A stretch of 64,000 nt of DNA from Myxococcales bacterium (GTDB lineage Bacteria; Myxococcota; Myxococcia; Myxococcales; UBA5297): contig JASGHK010000008.1 of the NCBI GenBank assembly GCA_049841135.1, forward strand, positions 275,272 through 339,271. Direction: 5' to 3'. Every line of letters begins with the position of its first letter. Position 1 is the stretch's first letter. This document shows, one piece after another, positions 45,157-54,773 of the stretch. The notes under the pieces were generated by a model. The model saw only the letters and a program-made list of their open reading frames with translations, was not told where the DNA came from and did no database searches. The translations under genes and the position numbers were made by a program.

Positions 45157-46062
45157 TCAGAGGCGCCCCTCGCGCTTGTCTCGCGAGAGCTGCAGGTAGA
45201 GGCGCATCAGCTCCGGGTCGGTCACGGAGAGCTCCGCCGCCTTCTTGTCCGCCGCCAGCGAGTGCCGCGCCAGGTTCACCAGGAAGATGACCGGGATCAG
45301 CAGCCACGCCGGAGGGCAGCAGAACAGGAAGACGGACCACGCGGCGTAGCGGCCCCAGAAGCCGGTCACCGTCTGCCGTCCCTCGAGCTGGCCCTGCACC
45401 GAGGCGTGGACGTTGCGCAGCGCGACCTTGAGCGTCGGGTCGAGCAGCATCGCCGACTCGAACGCCAGCGTGGCGTCCTCCTCGAGCCCCAGCCTGTCCA
45501 GCGCGACCCCGTAGTTGTTGAGCACGCCCGCCTGCCGCGGGTCGAGCGCCAGGCTGTCGCGGAAGTGGACCGCTGCCTGCTGCGCGTTGCCGCCCTGGGC
45601 GTACAGCTCGGCCAGCTCCGCGTGAAGCGAAGCCGCCTCCGGCGCGAGCTTCAACGCCGTCTTGGCCTCGTCGATGGCCTTGAACAGGTCGTCGAGCGCC
45701 GCCAGCGCTCGGGAGCGGCAGGCGTGGGTCCACGGCGAGCTCGGATCGAGACGGGCGGCGGCATCGGCTGCCGCCAGCGCCTCGCCCTTGCGGCCCAGCG
45801 CGAGCAGCGCCGAGGAGCGCAGCCGGTGGAGCCATTCGTCCTGGGCGTCGAGCTTGAGCCCCGCCTCCGCCGCGGCGAGGGCTTCGGCGTCGCGGTCGAG
45901 GCCGAGCAGCGCCTGCGCCATCACGCCGTGCGGCGCCGCGTCCGAGGGCCGCTCGGCGATGGCGCGGCCGGCTTCGGCGAGCGCGTCCTCGTAGCGCCGC
46001 AGGTCCAGCGCGGCGCGGGCGCGGTTGAGGCTCTGGGGGCCGTTGTCGTAGCTCGGTGACAT
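45157..46062 (-). CDS. TPR-repeat protein with C-terminal TM anchor
   Basis: Repeated A..AL..A..A..LDP 34-residue units. C-terminal TM segment WSVFLFCCPPAWLLIPVIFLV. Start at MSPSYDNG. Confidence 0.6.
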   Translation of the reverse strand: MSPSYDNGPQSLNRARAALDLRRYEDALAEAGRAIAERPSDAAPHGVMAQALLGLDRDAEALAAAEAGLKLDAQDEWLHRLRSSALLALGRKGEALAAADAAARLDPSSPWTHACRSRALAALDDLFKAIDEAKTALKLAPEAASLHAELAELYAQGGNAQQAAVHFRDSLALDPRQAGVLNNYGVALDRLGLEEDATLAFESAMLLDPTLKVALRNVHASVQGQLEGRQTVTGFWGRYAAWSVFLFCCPPAWLLIPVIFLVNLARHSLAADKKAAELSVTDPELMRLYLQLSRDKREGRL

Positions 46063-46374
46063 CGGCGGGAGAGGATAGCAGGCGGGCGCGGGGCGGCGTC
46101 GCAGATGGAGTTGGCGTGCCGGCGGCGCGAGGTTGTCAGGAAATGCCGACATACCTTGTGCGAGCGGCGAGCGGGCCCAGCTCGAAAGCCAAGACGTTCT
46201 TGGCGACCTTGGTCCCTTGGCGACCTTGGCGTCAGAACACGTTCCCGCGTGCCGCCCGCGCCTCATCCACGGCCCCGCTCGCCGCGCCTTCCGCGAGCGG
46301 GCGGCCAGTTGGAACGCGGTCCGACTTGTGGTTCAAGTGTGGGCGATGGATCCCGCCGCCCAAGGGAGGGGCCC

Positions 46375-46833
46375 TTGAAGACCGTCATCACCGTTCTCGC
46401 CACGTTCCTGATCACCGGTGGCGTCATCACCGCCGTGGTGCTGTTCCTCGGTCTCGACTGGGGCGCCGAGAAGGCCCAGAAGGAGGCCCAGTCCGCGGCC
46501 GCCTCGGCGATGCAGGCGATGTCGTTCACGCAGGAGATGCACGAGCGGCTGGGCACGCCCTTCAAGCAGGGCGAGCTGACGGTGCAGAACTACGACATCC
46601 AGTTCATGGGCACGAGCACCTTGCAGCTGGCCATCCTGGTCTCAGGCCCCAAGGGCGGCGGCAAGCTGAGCGCCAACATGGCCAAGCCGCGCGGCGAGAA
46701 GATCTGGTACCTGACCAAGGGCACCTTCTTCCCCACTGCCGGTCCGCCCATCTCCATCAAGGGCCGCCCGATGCCGGGCGCCGAGGCCGAGAGCGGCGGC
46801 GGGGCGATGGGCGGTGCGCTGCCGGGCTTCTGA
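46375..46833 (+). CDS. Small membrane protein (TTG start assumed)
   Basis: KTVITVLATFLITGGVITAVVLFLGL TM segment followed by a ~120 aa soluble domain. The start codon is inferred. Confidence 0.4.
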   Translation: MKTVITVLATFLITGGVITAVVLFLGLDWGAEKAQKEAQSAAASAMQAMSFTQEMHERLGTPFKQGELTVQNYDIQFMGTSTLQLAILVSGPKGGGKLSANMAKPRGEKIWYLTKGTFFPTAGPPISIKGRPMPGAEAESGGGAMGGALPGF

Positions 46834-46861
46834 CCATCGCCGCCCAGCGCTCAACCCCTTC

Positions 46862-47950
46862 TCAGCTCCGCACCGTCGCCGGCACCACGTAGGGCATGGT
46901 GTCCGCCGTGGCCCTGCGCCCGAGCGCCGTGGCGAAGATGTAGCCGTCCACGACGTAGTGGATGAGCAGCGGGCTGAGAACGAACATCGCGTAGTACTGC
47001 TGGAACCTCAGGTGCCACGGATCCAGGTGCGAGAGCCCGGCGACCCCGGCCAGCACCGCCGAGGTGACCGCGAAGCAGCCGCCCCAGAAGCGCCAGGGCT
47101 TGCCCGGCGCTGCCATCCAGCGGATGGCCGGTGAGGCGACGAAGCCCTGCTGGCTGCGCACGCTCTGGATGAGCCAGACGAGCCCCAGGTACTGGATGGA
47201 GTGCCAGGCGTTGACGCCCTGGAACGCCAGCTCCAGCTTCCCGCCCTGCTCGGCCATGGGCACCACGAAGGCCACGAAGGTCGTCACCGCGATGAGCAGC
47301 GTCTTGGGCCGGTTGAGCACTCCGCGGCGCGTCTCGAGCGCGGTCTTGAGGAGCCACGCCGCGAGCAATGCGAAGAAGACCCCGAACACCGCGTAGTAGG
47401 TCGCCGGGACCAGCAGGAACTGCGGGATGAGGATGCGCGTGTGCCCCAGCGTGAACTCGCCGCGCACCAGCTTGTAGGCGGCCAGGGGGTAGATGCTCGT
47501 CATCAAGAGCCCGTAGTCGAGCCACCGCGACCAGCGCGGCTCCGCCCGGCCCAAGCGCAGCCGGTACACGTCGGAGAGGTAGGCGTTCTGCTGCAGCACG
47601 TGCAGCGAGGCCATGAACAGGAAGGTGCTGATGAGGATCTCGTAGTCGTGGATGGCCCAGTAGACGACGAAGGCCGGGACAATCAGCGCCGCGAGGACCA
47701 GGACGAGCCAATGCGAGCGGCGGAAGCGCGGGTCGAGGTAGGTCGCGGTGTAGGTGGAGAACAGGTGCGGTCCGCCGATGAGCGCGGTGACGCCGAGGTT
47801 CACCAGGTCGTTCGAGGCGCCCGCCTTGACCACCAGCAGCACCAGCGGCACGACCAGCGCGCTGCCCACCAGCCAGCGCAGGTCCCAGCCGCGCCCATTG
47901 ATCCACCCGCCGGGGCTGCGCCCCTGCCACGCCACGCTCGCCAGCTCCAC
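46862..47950 (-). CDS. Polytopic integral membrane protein of unknown function
   Basis: 362 aa, at least 8 predicted TM segments, Trp/Tyr-rich. Confidence 0.5.
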   Translation of the reverse strand: MELASVAWQGRSPGGWINGRGWDLRWLVGSALVVPLVLLVVKAGASNDLVNLGVTALIGGPHLFSTYTATYLDPRFRRSHWLVLVLAALIVPAFVVYWAIHDYEILISTFLFMASLHVLQQNAYLSDVYRLRLGRAEPRWSRWLDYGLLMTSIYPLAAYKLVRGEFTLGHTRILIPQFLLVPATYYAVFGVFFALLAAWLLKTALETRRGVLNRPKTLLIAVTTFVAFVVPMAEQGGKLELAFQGVNAWHSIQYLGLVWLIQSVRSQQGFVASPAIRWMAAPGKPWRFWGGCFAVTSAVLAGVAGLSHLDPWHLRFQQYYAMFVLSPLLIHYVVDGYIFATALGRRATADTMPYVVPATVRS

Positions 47951-47994
47951 GCGCGCCCCCCTCGAAAGACTCCACAGACGCCCACGTTGCGCAC

Positions 47995-48250
47995 TCGGCG
48001 CGGGCCGGGAGGGCCTGCTCCCCGAGCGGGAGCGGCCTCGCTTGCTGCCCGCTCAGGTGGCCTGGGCTGGACTGCGCGCCCAGCGGTTGGGGCCACCACC
48101 CGAAAGCGATTGGAGTTCATCGACGCCGCGCGCACCCTGGCGACTGCGCTGATGGCGCAACGTCACGTCTGCGACAACCTGCTCTGCAGGTTCTCCTTCG
48201 TCGTCGCCAGCCACCCTGCCTGGAAGGAATCCAGGCACCGGCCCGCCAGC
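47995..48250 (+). pseudogene. Truncated, diverged copy of the promoter and first ~60 codons of the acyltransferase-like gene at 54774 (internal ~95 bp deletion)
   Basis: 47995-48180 aligns at ~88% identity with 54690-54880 (gggcctgctccccgagcg.gagcggcct.gcttgctgcccgctcaggtggcctgggct.gactgcgcgcc...gtcacgtctgcgacaacctgctct). Then 48185-48240 aligns with 54935-54990 (ttcgtcgtcgccagc.accctgcctgg). Confidence 0.7.
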
Positions 48251-48465
48251 CCTTGGCGATGGGGCGGGGATCGAGCCAGGCAGGGCCGGCAACTTGGGCC
48301 ACGTGGCCCAAGTAGGTGCCGTGGACCAAGTAGTCCCGGGCCGCCGGGGCCTTTGCTACACGCTCGGAGCCCGGATTGACCGCCTAGGCCTGCCGCGGCG
48401 ACCGATGCTCCCGGCAGGTGCTGGAGGACGACCTCCAGCTCAATCTCGACCTTTCCCAAGGTCCC

Positions 48466-51400
48466 TCACGCGTTGCTCGGCGGGCCCTCGGCGGCGACGG
48501 CGAGCGCCCTCCGCTCGGCCCGGCCCGCGAGGACTGCGTAGAGCGTCGGGAGCACCAGGAGGGTCAGCGCGGTGGACGTGATGAGCCCGCCCATGACGAC
48601 CACCGCGAGCGGCTTCTGGATGTCCGCCCCGGACCCGGTGGCGTAGAGCATCGGCAGGTGGCCGATGAAGCTCGTGAGCGCCGTCATGAGCAGCGGGCGG
48701 AACCGCAGCTCGCAGCCCTTGCGGACCGTCTCGGAGACGCTCTCGCCGCGCTCCCGCAGCTGCCTGAAGAAGGCCACGAGCACGACGCCGTTCTGCACCG
48801 CGATCCCCAGCAGCACGATGAAGGCGACCGCGGCGGAGACGGACAGGGGCATCCGGAAGAGGACGACGGCGATGACGCCGCCGACCAGCGCGAACGGGAG
48901 ATTGAGCAGCACCAGCAGCGAGTGGCCGACCGAGCCGAGGGCCAGGTAGAGGAGCACCAGAATCAGCAGGAGCGCGATGGGGACCACGATCTCCAGCTGC
49001 CGCATGGCGCGCTGCTGGTTCTCGAACTGGCCGCCCAGCTCGATGAAGTAGCCGGACGGCAGCTCCTTCTGGATCGGCGCGAGGCCCGCCTGCACGTCCT
49101 CCACGAAGCTGCCAAGGTCGCGCCCGCGCACGTTGCACTCGACGACGACGCGCCGCATGCCGTTCTCGCGGCTGACCTGCGCCGGCGCTTCGACCATCGA
49201 GACCTTGGCGAGCTGGCCGAGCGGGACGCGCTCGCCCTTGGGCGCGGCGATGAGGAGCCGCTCGATCTCGGGAATGTCAGCGCGGGCCGCCTCGGGGAAG
49301 CGCACGACCACCGCGAAGCGGCGCTGGCCCTCGATGAGGGTGGACGCCTCGCGACCAGCGATGGCCGTCTCGATGGTGTCGTTGACGTCCGAGACGTTGA
49401 TGCCGTAGCGGGCCACCGCCTCGCGGTCGATCTCGGCGTCGAACTGCGTCATGCCGGAGATCTGCTCGACCTTGACGTCCTGGGCCCCGCGCACGCCCAT
49501 GAGCACCGCGGCTCCCCGGTCAGCGAACTGCTTCAGCACCTCGAGGTCGGGGCCGAACACCTTCACCGCGAGGTCGCTCTTGACCCCGGAGATCAGCTCG
49601 TTCACCCGCAGGGCGATGGGCTGGGAGAAGGAGTAGCGAAGGCCTGGGATCTGGGCGAGCTCCTCCTGGATGGCCTTCGTCAGCTCAGCCTTGTCGCGCC
49701 CGGTGCCCCACTGCTTGCGCGGCTTGAGCATGATGAAGACGTCGGTCTGCTCGGGCCCCATCGGGTCCTCGGAGATCTCCGCGCGGCCCGTCTTGCTGAC
49801 CACGGTGTCGACCTCGGGGAACTTCCTGAGCTGCTTCTCCATGTAGTCGGCGACCTTCACCGAGCCGTCGAGGGCGGCGTTGGGCAGGCGCACCACGTTG
49901 ATGGCGAGCGACCCCTCGTCCAGCGGCGGCATGAACTCGGTGCCGATGAGCGGCGTGAGCGCCCCGGCGGCCACGAGCGTGGCGACGGACGCAGCGAGGG
50001 TGATGCGCGGGTGCCGCACCGTCCCGCCGAGGAGGCGCAGGTAGCCCTGGTGCAGCCGACGGATGAAGAAGAACTCCTTCTCGGGGACCTGCCTGAGGAC
50101 CAGCTCGGAGAGCGCCGGGACGACCGTGAGCGCGACGACGAGCGACACGAGCAGCGCGATCAGCATCGTGAGCGCGAGCGGCGCGAACATCTTCCCTTCG
50201 ATGCCCTGCAAGGTGAACAGCGGCACGAGGATGATGGCGATGATCACCACCGAGAAGCCCACGGGGCGGGCGACCTCGGCGACGGCGGTGGCCACGACGT
50301 GGCGCTTCTGCTCCTTGTCCCGGTGCTCGGCCAGGTGCCGGCGTACGTTCTCGACCACGACGATCGAGGCGTCGACGACCATGCCGACCGAGAAGGCCAG
50401 GCCGCCCAGGCTCATGAGGTTGGAGGAGAGCCCCACCTGCCCCATGACGATGAAGCTCACCAGGAAGGTCAGCGGCAGCGAGAAGACGACGATGAGCGCG
50501 GTGCGCAGCTCCGCCAGGAACAGGAAGAGCACCAGGATGACGAAGATGCCGCCCTCGAGCAGCGCGTCGACCACCGTCTTGATGCACGCCTCGATGAGCG
50601 AGGTGCGGTCGTAGAAGACGCTGATCCGGGTGCCTTCGGGCAGCGTGGACTTCGTCCTCTCCACGGCGGCCTTCACGCGGCTGACGACGTCCTTGGAGTT
50701 CTCTCCCTTGAGCATGATGACCATGCCCGCGACCGCCTCGCCCTTGCCGTCGCGCGTCACCGCGCCCTGGCGCGGCTCGGAGCCGACGACGACGTCGGCG
50801 ACGTCGCGCAGGTAGACCGGCGCCCCGTCCTTGGCCTTGAGCACGATGCGCTCGATGTCGGGGATGTCGCGCAGCAGGCCGACGCCGCGCAGGTACATCT
50901 GCTCCCACCCGCGGACGACGACGCCGCCGCCCGCGTTGGCGTTGTTGCGCTCGATGGACTCGACCACCTGCGCGACGGTCAGCCCGTACTTGAGCAGTTT
51001 GTCGGGCTGGAGCAGCACCTGGTACTGCTTCACGTACCCGCCGAAGCTGTTGATCTCGTTCACCCCGGGGATCGGCTTGAGCAGCGGAGAGACGATCCAG
51101 TCCTGGATCGTGCGCAGCTCGGTGGGGTCGACCTTCTCGCTCTCGAGCGTGTACTGGAAGATCTCGCCGAGCCCGGTGCTGATGGGACCGAGCTCTGGCT
51201 CGACGCCGGGAGGGAGGCTCTCGCGCGCCTGCGCCAGGCGCTCGAAGACGACCTGTCGGGTCCAATAGGTCTCCGAGCCATCCTCGAAGACGATGACGGC
51301 CTGCGAGAGCCCGGCCTTCGAGAGCGAGCGCACCGAGGTGACCTTGGGGAGCCCGCGCATCACCTGCTCGATGGGGTAGCTGACCCGCTGCTCGACGTCG

Positions 51401-51570
51401 ACGGCAGCGAGCCCGGGCGCCTTGGCCAGGATCATCACCTGCGTGTTGGTGACGTCCGGGAAGGCGTCGATGGGAAGGCGGGTCCAGGCGACGTAGCCGG
51501 CGATGACGAGGACGCCGGTCGCGAGCAACACGAGGAACCGAGTCTCGAGCAACCACGTGAAGAATTTCAT
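48466..51570 (-). CDS. czcA: CzcA/CusA-family heavy-metal efflux RND permease
   Basis: 1034 aa from MKFFTWLLETRFLVLL. 12-TM RND architecture with two large periplasmic loops and the conserved DASIVVVEN motif. Confidence 0.85.
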   Translation of the reverse strand: MKFFTWLLETRFLVLLATGVLVIAGYVAWTRLPIDAFPDVTNTQVMILAKAPGLAAVDVEQRVSYPIEQVMRGLPKVTSVRSLSKAGLSQAVIVFEDGSETYWTRQVVFERLAQARESLPPGVEPELGPISTGLGEIFQYTLESEKVDPTELRTIQDWIVSPLLKPIPGVNEINSFGGYVKQYQVLLQPDKLLKYGLTVAQVVESIERNNANAGGGVVVRGWEQMYLRGVGLLRDIPDIERIVLKAKDGAPVYLRDVADVVVGSEPRQGAVTRDGKGEAVAGMVIMLKGENSKDVVSRVKAAVERTKSTLPEGTRISVFYDRTSLIEACIKTVVDALLEGGIFVILVLFLFLAELRTALIVVFSLPLTFLVSFIVMGQVGLSSNLMSLGGLAFSVGMVVDASIVVVENVRRHLAEHRDKEQKRHVVATAVAEVARPVGFSVVIIAIILVPLFTLQGIEGKMFAPLALTMLIALLVSLVVALTVVPALSELVLRQVPEKEFFFIRRLHQGYLRLLGGTVRHPRITLAASVATLVAAGALTPLIGTEFMPPLDEGSLAINVVRLPNAALDGSVKVADYMEKQLRKFPEVDTVVSKTGRAEISEDPMGPEQTDVFIMLKPRKQWGTGRDKAELTKAIQEELAQIPGLRYSFSQPIALRVNELISGVKSDLAVKVFGPDLEVLKQFADRGAAVLMGVRGAQDVKVEQISGMTQFDAEIDREAVARYGINVSDVNDTIETAIAGREASTLIEGQRRFAVVVRFPEAARADIPEIERLLIAAPKGERVPLGQLAKVSMVEAPAQVSRENGMRRVVVECNVRGRDLGSFVEDVQAGLAPIQKELPSGYFIELGGQFENQQRAMRQLEIVVPIALLLILVLLYLALGSVGHSLLVLLNLPFALVGGVIAVVLFRMPLSVSAAVAFIVLLGIAVQNGVVLVAFFRQLRERGESVSETVRKGCELRFRPLLMTALTSFIGHLPMLYATGSGADIQKPLAVVVMGGLITSTALTLLVLPTLYAVLAGRAERRALAVAAEGPPSNA

Positions 51571-51581
51571 GGTGGCTCCCT

Positions 51582-52967
51582 CTAGTCCGCGCAGCCGGCG
51601 CCCATCTTCGAGCGCAGGACGTCCGACTTCAGGAGGAAGGACCCGTCGGCGACGAGGGTCTCGCCGCCCGAGAGCCCGCGCGTGATCTCCACCCAGCCCG
51701 CCCAGGACTTGCCGCGCTGGACGGGGCGGCGGACGTAGTAGTCGTCGTGGTGGTGGACGAAGACGAAGGCGCGTCCCTCGTCCTCGAGCACCGCGTCCTT
51801 CGGGACCGCGAGGACCTCCTCCTTTCCGGGCAGGAAGATCTTCACGTTGGCGAACATGCCGGCGCGCAGCCTGCCCGAGGGGTTCTTGAGCTCGATGCGC
51901 ACCTTCACGGTGCGCGTGGCCTCGTCCATCGTCGGGCCCACGAAGTCCACGCTCCCCGGGAACTCGATTCCCGGGAACGCCTTGACGGTCACGATGGCCT
52001 GCAGGCCGCCGGCGGCCTGGTGGTCGACCACGGCCGCGAGGTCGCGCTCGTACAGGTCGGCCCAGAGCCACAAGGTGCTCAGGTCGCCCACGGTCATCAA
52101 CGGCTCCTCCGACTTCGCGACCTCGCCCGGAACGGCGTGGAGCACGAGCACCATGCCGTCGGAGGGAGCGCGCAGCACCAGGCGCGTGCGAGCGCCTCCC
52201 TGCCCCAGGTTCTTGAGCTCGCCTGGAGGCAACCCGAGCTGGACGAGCTTGTCCCCCGCGGTCCGAGCGCGAATCTGCGCGGCCTCGAACTCCTGCTTCG
52301 CCTGCAGGTACTCCTTCTCCGAGGTGATGCCCTCCTTGCGCAGCTCGGCCTGGCGGTCGAAGTTGCGCTGGGCGAGGGCGAGGGTGGCCTGGGCCTCGAG
52401 GTATTCGCTCTCGGCCTGGCCGTAGCTGACGCTCTCGATCTCGAGCAGCGCCTGCCCTCTCCTGACGTGGTCGCCCAGGTTTACGCTGACCTTGCGCACG
52501 ACGCCCTCCGTCTGAGCGCTGATGTGCGCGACGCGGCGCTCGTCGAAGCGAATCTCGCCCGTCAGGCCGATGGGGGCCTCGACCCGCCGCTTGCCCACGG
52601 TGGCCTTCTTGAGGAGCTGGCCTTCGAACAGGCCGGCGGGGGCCTTGACCACTCCGTTCTCATAGCGGCACTCGTCGCACTCGAAGGTCTTGGTGCCGTG
52701 CTCGCACTGGGTGGCGAAGAGCTCGTCGACCGGCTTGTCGAGATCGCTCTTCTCGCCCGCGTGGCCGTGCTCATCCTTCTCGCCCGCGTGGCCGTGCTCA
52801 TCCTTCTCGCCGTGCTTGTCCCCCGCCTTGCCGTGGCCTTCGTGCTCCCCCGCCTCGCCGGCCTTGGCGGCAGCGGGCTTCTCCTTCGGGGCTTCGGCGC
52901 TCGAGCCGCGGCATGCAGCCAACGACACAGCGGCGACGAGGGAAACGAGGATCTTGGTCGAGTTCAT
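51582..52967 (-). CDS. czcB: RND efflux membrane-fusion (periplasmic adaptor) protein with His-rich N-terminal segment
   Basis: Lipobox LAACRGS. His-rich HEGHGKAGDKHGEKDEHGHAGEKDEHGHAGEK, which includes a 30-bp tandem DNA duplication at ~52745-52805. HlyD-like beta-barrel and hairpin regions. The start ATG overlaps the czcC stop (ATGA). Confidence 0.8.
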   Translation of the reverse strand: MNSTKILVSLVAAVSLAACRGSSAEAPKEKPAAAKAGEAGEHEGHGKAGDKHGEKDEHGHAGEKDEHGHAGEKSDLDKPVDELFATQCEHGTKTFECDECRYENGVVKAPAGLFEGQLLKKATVGKRRVEAPIGLTGEIRFDERRVAHISAQTEGVVRKVSVNLGDHVRRGQALLEIESVSYGQAESEYLEAQATLALAQRNFDRQAELRKEGITSEKEYLQAKQEFEAAQIRARTAGDKLVQLGLPPGELKNLGQGGARTRLVLRAPSDGMVLVLHAVPGEVAKSEEPLMTVGDLSTLWLWADLYERDLAAVVDHQAAGGLQAIVTVKAFPGIEFPGSVDFVGPTMDEATRTVKVRIELKNPSGRLRAGMFANVKIFLPGKEEVLAVPKDAVLEDEGRAFVFVHHHDDYYVRRPVQRGKSWAGWVEITRGLSGGETLVADGSFLLKSDVLRSKMGAGCAD

Positions 52968-54209
52968 CGCGTTTCTCCCAGAAGGAGCTGAAGCCGACTG
53001 CAGTCGAGTTGGGTTTGGAGAAGGGCAGCGAGGTGCTCGCGGCGCGCTTCGCCGAGCACCCGCCGTGAGTCGAGAACGTCGAGGAGCGTCGTCTCGCCTA
53101 TCTGGAAAGAGCGCTCGAGCATGCTGGCGGCCTTCTCGGCGCGGGGCAGGATTCTGCTCCTGGTACCGGGCCGCCGCCTGCTGCCCCTGCGCGCACGAGG
53201 TACGCGCCTCGGTCGCGCTGGCGAGCAGGTCGCGAGTCTGCGCGTCGAGCCGGTGGGACTCGGCCCGTCGCGTCGCCTCGGCCTGCTCGATGCGGCCCGT
53301 GTTCCAGTTCCAGACCGGCAGGGTCACGCCGATCCCGCCGCCGAAGCTCTGGCGATCGAGCTCGTTGGTGAAGAAGCCCTTGATGGAGAAGGCGGGGATG
53401 CGCTGGCGGCGCTCGGCGGTGATCTCCGCGTCGAGCGCGCGCGCGCGGGCCCTGGAGGCGTCGAGCGAAGGGTGGCTCTCGCGAATGGCAGCCATCGCGG
53501 CCTCCAGGTCCGGCACCTTCGGTAGGGCCTCCAGCGCAGCGGGGTCGACCGTCCAGTCCTTCTCGGCGAGTCCCTGGATCCAGAGCTGCAGCTGGCCCCG
53601 GTGAGACTGGAGCTGCGACCGAGCGGCTGCGAGCTCGTTGCGCACGCGCTCGAGCTCCGTCTCGACCCGAGGCACCTCGATGGGCCGCGCCTCGCCCTTC
53701 TCCACGCGGAGCCCGACGAGCTTGGCGACCTCGGTGGCCTGGGCCTCGAGCGCCTGGAGGGATTCGACCCGGGCCTGGTCGAAGGCGGCGTTCCAGAAGA
53801 GGGTGCCCAGCTGCCCAAGGACGTCACGGCGGAGGGCACGAGCCTCGGCCTTGGCTTCTTCCAAGGTCGCTTGGGCTGCGTCGACGCGGGGGCCCCGCTC
53901 GGCCAGCCACTCGAGCGGAACCGTCAGCTCGAAGGCCTGCTCGAACCTGTCCGGGCCGGGGCCCTCCCGTGGGGCGCCGCGCCCGAGCGCCACGTCGAGC
54001 GAGGGGTTGGGGATGGCGCCGGCGGCTGCGATGCCTGCTTGTGCGGCGGCAGCGCGGGCATCCGCCTCACGAAGCCGCGGGTGTTCGTCGACGAGGCGGA
54101 CGACGTCCGCCCAGGAGAGGGGCTGCGACTGTGCGACTGCAGGCGCGGCGGCAAGAGTGACTGCCGCGCCCGCCAAGAGCGCGCGAGCGCTCGGCAGAAC
54201 GTGACCCAC
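52964..54209 (-). CDS. czcC: Outer-membrane efflux protein (TolC/CzcC family), +1 frameshift near 53150
   Basis: The N-terminal ~350 aa in the ORF 51582..54209 frame have OEP-family coiled-coil repeats, up to ...AARYQEQ. The C-terminus AEKAASMLERSFQIGETTLLDVLDSRRVLGEARREHLAALLQTQLDCSRLQLLLGETR* is in the next frame. The junction is at gcCCCCgcg. Confidence 0.7.
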
Positions 54210-54305
54210 GGGGGGCCTCCAGCATGTCCAAGAGGGCGACGCGCGAGGCGATCGCTGCCCGAGGGGCAGCGGTCCGCTTCGCCGCGCGAGAGCAGTGAGC
54301 GATCG

Positions 54306-54623
54306 CTAGGCTGCGCTCTTGGGGACGTGCCGGAGAGGCTTCGGCTCAGGGGAGGCCGGGACGAGGACATCCTCGGCGTGGTGCCGTTCGGCGGGAAGCT
54401 CGAGTCTTGCGACCTTCAGCTGCACCGCGCCTGGGCGAGACGGCGCGTGGCAGGCACACCAGCAAGTGGGCGGGCAGTGGCCTGTCTCGTCGTCGTTGGG
54501 GCAGCTCTCGAAACACTCGATCTGCATCGTCGACGCGACGGCGGCCGTCACCTGGACCCCGCTGAGGAGGCAAATGGCCAGCAGAGGGATGTAGCGCCGG
54601 ACACGTCGCATTGCGGCTTGCAT
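54306..54623 (-). CDS. Small secreted Cys/His-rich protein immediately upstream of czcC
   Basis: Signal MRRVRRYIPLLAICLLSGVQVTAAVAS, then CFESCPNDDETGHCPPTCWCACHAP. Co-oriented with the czc genes, 97 bp upstream. Confidence 0.5.
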   Translation of the reverse strand: MQAAMRRVRRYIPLLAICLLSGVQVTAAVASTMQIECFESCPNDDETGHCPPTCWCACHAPSRPGAVQLKVARLELPAERHHAEDVLVPASPEPKPLRHVPKSAA

Positions 54624-54773
54624 AACACGCGAGTTGTGCTGGCGCCAACCCGCAGAAGTGGGGGGTGGGCGGGCGCACCGCGGCTGAGAACGGTGCTGCG
54701 CGGGCCTGCTCCCCGAGCGCGAGCGGCCTTGCTTGCTGCCCGCTCAGGTGGCCTGGGCTAGACTGCGCGCCCC

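Noticed and set aside
46262-46300. Direct repeat cttggcgaccttgg x2 upstream of the small membrane protein gene
   Set aside because: A single short duplication with no recognisable promoter or regulator consensus. Noted only.
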